NCBI RefSeq assembly: GCF_009914755.1
Contig: NC_060930.1
Source: the human T2T-CHM13v2.0 reference genome, Homo sapiens
Strand: one strand, 5' to 3'
DNA: 64,000 nucleotides
In this document: positions 61,077-64,000 of the stretch, in pieces
How the letters are laid out: each line of letters begins with the position of its first letter
How positions within the stretch are numbered: position 1 is the first letter of the stretch
Translations under genes and position numbers: made by a program
Notes under the pieces: generated by a model
The model's database searches: none
What the model was told of the DNA's origin: nothing
The model's input: only the letters and a program-made list of their open reading frames with translations

Positions 61077-62484
61077 CAGGGGGCTTAGTGTCAGGCTCAT
61101 GAAGTAGGAATGCGGGAATCCACCCCGTGGCTGCACTGGTGCCTGGATAGATAGTCATTAGTTGCTGTAGAGATCTAACAACACAACAGCAACTCAAGTA
61201 TCTAAACCTTTCTGAATCTAGCTTGGATGACTCCCTACTCAAGCTTACTTTGGGCCAGAAGTCTTAGAACTTAAAGAATCTGGGGAATCTCATAGATGTA
61301 TCTAATACATTATTATGTGTTAGAAAGAATTGCTGTCTGGGTTCTAGAGCTGTGACTGCCTGTCTGTTTGGTATTAACCCCACATCATAGGGCAAATCAC
61401 TCAACTTCTCTATATGTAGCAGAGGGTTAATGGTTAAAGGAAATATTCTCACTTGGAGACGAATAATGCACATCACTGTAGGATGGGTCAGTTGGGATCT
61501 CAAAAGGAAGTTGAGTCGGGGTTAGACTTCAGAGCTTCTGGGTAAGAAGAGGCAGTTGGACACCTTGTTAAAAATGCAGCTTCTTGGCTCTACCCCAGAG
61601 GTCCTGTTTCAGATCTGGGGTAGACTCTGGAAATCTGCATTCTGAGAAGCCTTCAGGTGATTCTGGTGAAGATGGCCTGGTGACCTTGCTTGGAGCATAA
61701 TGGCATTAACATTAATTCTTTTCTTGCCGGGTTGTTATAAGACTTAAAGTAGAGTCACAAACATGCTTAGAATGGTACTTAGCACATCATAAAATACTAA
61801 ACAAATTTCACTCTTTTTATTGCTCTTGATTTTCTGGGCTAGGTTTTGAGGATATAGCAGTGAATCAGGTAAACGTGTTGCCTGCCCTCAAGTAGCTCCA
61901 GGGAGGCGCAGTGGGGGAGGGGTGGGTTGCCAAGATCTGCTTTGGAATTGGAGAAGCTCTCCTGAACAGCAGCCAGGAGCTTCCTACCTTTCCCAGGGTG
62001 ATCATCTCGGTTCTAGAATTTGAACATAGAAATATTCTAGGAGTGGCTATCTTGTTGGAAAGGGATAGGATACTTGTCTTAAAATCCTGTTTGCATGGCT
62101 CTTTACAGAATATCAAAAGATGCATGAGATACATGTCAATTGCACATACCAAACACTGGCAGGGGAAGGAGGATCTGGTTCCCCCGACCGCAGAATGGGA
62201 AACCAGGCAGGAAGCTGCTGTTTACCAGGCATAGCACCAGGTCCTTTCACATCAATTGCATTATTTAATCCTCATAATAGCTTGTCAAGCCGGTGTGGTC
62301 ACCACATCTTTATATGTGAGAAAACCAAGTCTCAGTGAGAGTACATTAAACCTAAGGTGTCATAGCTAGAGAATGGTAGTGCTGTCTAATGTCAAAGCTG
62401 CTGTTCTTTCCAACACATAATAATAATGGACTCGATACATCTTATGAGCTGCCTTAGACTATTTAAGCTCTAAATCCTTCCACC

Positions 62485-62988
62485 CTCCATTATCCATGTA
62501 ACGTCTGCAGCCCCTGCATCAACTGACTCTGCCAGATGATTCCACAGTAGGGCATGGAGTCACTGACCAGCAGCCAGAGCTGAGACTCCATGCGCCCCTC
62601 CCAGACTTGGAAGAAGAGCCACACCACAATGCACGGGGGATGGATTCCTCAGCAGTTTCTAAAAGGGCCAGGTGATGCAACCCCAAAGTGTGGGATATGA
62701 AACTCCACAGGGGATGAACCTTGATCTGTTGGGGATAGGAGTCAGGAGGGATTCTGCAGATCAAGTCGCCTGCTATTCCTTCCTCTGGCCTGTCCAAAAG
62801 GCATCTCCTGGGGCCATCTGACAGGCTGTGTCTTCGTGAAGCCTTGGCCAGGTCAGCAGCGGGGCCCGGCATTTGCTTCCCATCCTTCCCTGCCTCACAC
62901 TGGCTGCCCTACTATTGCACTTCATTAAAAAGCATTACTACTTCAACTTTGCCTCAGATTCTGTTTTCCAGGGAATCCAGATTAAGCC
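62485..62988 (+). mobile_element. LTR16-like ERVL LTR (donor of the 60775-61076 copy)
   Basis: Ends gcctcagattctgttttccagggaatccagattaagcca, an LTR16/33-type terminus. Confidence 0.6.
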
Positions 62989-63138
62989 AAAAAGAACAGG
63001 AAACATTTAGATGGATTATCTCATTTAATACTCATGGCATCCAAATAAAGTGTTATTATCCCAGTTTTACAGATAAAGTAACTTGTGGTTAAAATCATAC
63101 ACACACATGAACAGTGCAACCGGCATCCAGACTCAAGC

Positions 63139-63226
63139 AGCCTGACTAGGTCCCACTCCTCTAACTCTGCAGCAGGGACCGGAGCCTGATTAGGTCCCAC
63201 ACCTCTAACTCTGCAGCAGGGACCGG
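63139..63226. repeat. 44-bp tandem duplication at the end of a MIR
   Basis: agcctga(c/t)taggtcccac(t/a)cctctaactctgcagcagggaccgg, two copies. Confidence 0.95.
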
Positions 63227-63269
63227 TACACTCCTATCAGCCTCGTTCATCTGATCCTCTATATGCCTC

Positions 63270-63750
63270 ACCTCTAGTAAATATTTCCTGTGGAAACAAA
63301 TGCTAGATATACTCGACTATTCATTCTCTCTATCTTGTAAAAGAATACAACTTCAGGACACTAATAACATATTCCCAGCCTTCCTTGCAGCAAGGTACAG
63401 TCAATTAGTTCTGACTACTGCCATGTAAGAAGAAATGAGGTAAATGGCTTCCAAATGGTGCCTTCGAAGAGAAAGAGACAGCTTCCCCTTCTCTTCCCCT
63501 TCTCCCTTGGCTAGAATGCAGACATGGTAAGTGGAGTCGTTGCTGCTTAGACAATCAGATGGAACCCACATGTTGGGGATGGCTGTGGAATGAGATGAAA
63601 GAGCCTGGGTCTCCCACACCATTGAACCAGGATACCAGCCCTGGACTTCTAGGCTTGAACAGTTATGGAAGAGAAACCAACTTCTTTCTTGCTTTGTCCA
63701 CTGCTGTTTTCGTCTTTGCTATAGCATCCGAACTTGCATCCTAATATACT
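63270..63750 (+). mobile_element. Old MLT1-type MaLR LTR
   Basis: ttcccagccttccttgcagcaagg...gatgaaagagcctgggtctc...gagaaaccaacttctttcttg. Confidence 0.65.
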
Positions 63751-63756
63751 TTTCAA

Positions 63757-64000
63757 TAGGCAGTTAATTTTATGTGTCAACTTGACTGAGCCTTGGGATG
63801 CCCAGATTCAATATTATTTCGGGGTGTGTCTGTGGGGATGTTCCTGGATGAGACTGGCATTTGAACTGGTGGGCTCAGTAATCCCACAGTGGGGACTCCC
63901 CTCCCCAGTGTGGGTGGGCATCATCCATTGAGGGCCTGAATAGAGCAAAAGGCTGAGAAAAAAGGAATTCACCTATTTTTTTCTTCCTGCCTCTCTGCTT
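63757..64000 (+). mobile_element. MLT2B/D-like LTR 5' part (runs off the window)
   Basis: gttaattttatgtgtcaacttgactgagcc...gggcatcatccattgagggcctgaatagagcaaaaggctgag. Confidence 0.85.

Overview
Primate (most likely human or another hominoid) genomic DNA, repeat-dense and intergenic or intronic in character. I recognise no protein-coding gene, rRNA, tRNA or CRISPR array. Nearly all ORF-track entries are Alu, L1, LTR or VNTR artefacts; only the L1 ORF2 remnants and a hAT transposase remnant look like real protein relics. Transposons include a 5'-inverted L1PA8-like element, an L1PA4-like 3' end, about 13 Alus, many MaLR/ERV solo LTRs (several with exact TSDs), MIR/L2 and DNA-transposon MITEs. 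Subfamily names come from my recall of consensus sequences, not a RepeatMasker run, and boundaries of old elements are approximate. The most notable structures are: (i) four short-range, same-orientation copy events between 41 and 63 kb (20, ~80, ~300 and ~790 bp), with the derived copy left of its donor wherever polarity can be read; (ii) a ~25-copy 33-bp minisatellite that arose inside an L2; (iii) a 115-nt near-perfect hairpin in non-repeat sequence; (iv) phase-compatible candidate exons on both strands, suggesting unannotated spliced lncRNA or micropeptide transcripts; (v) a CpG-retaining back-to-back LTR pair. I cannot demonstrate a new biological system; these are testable leads.
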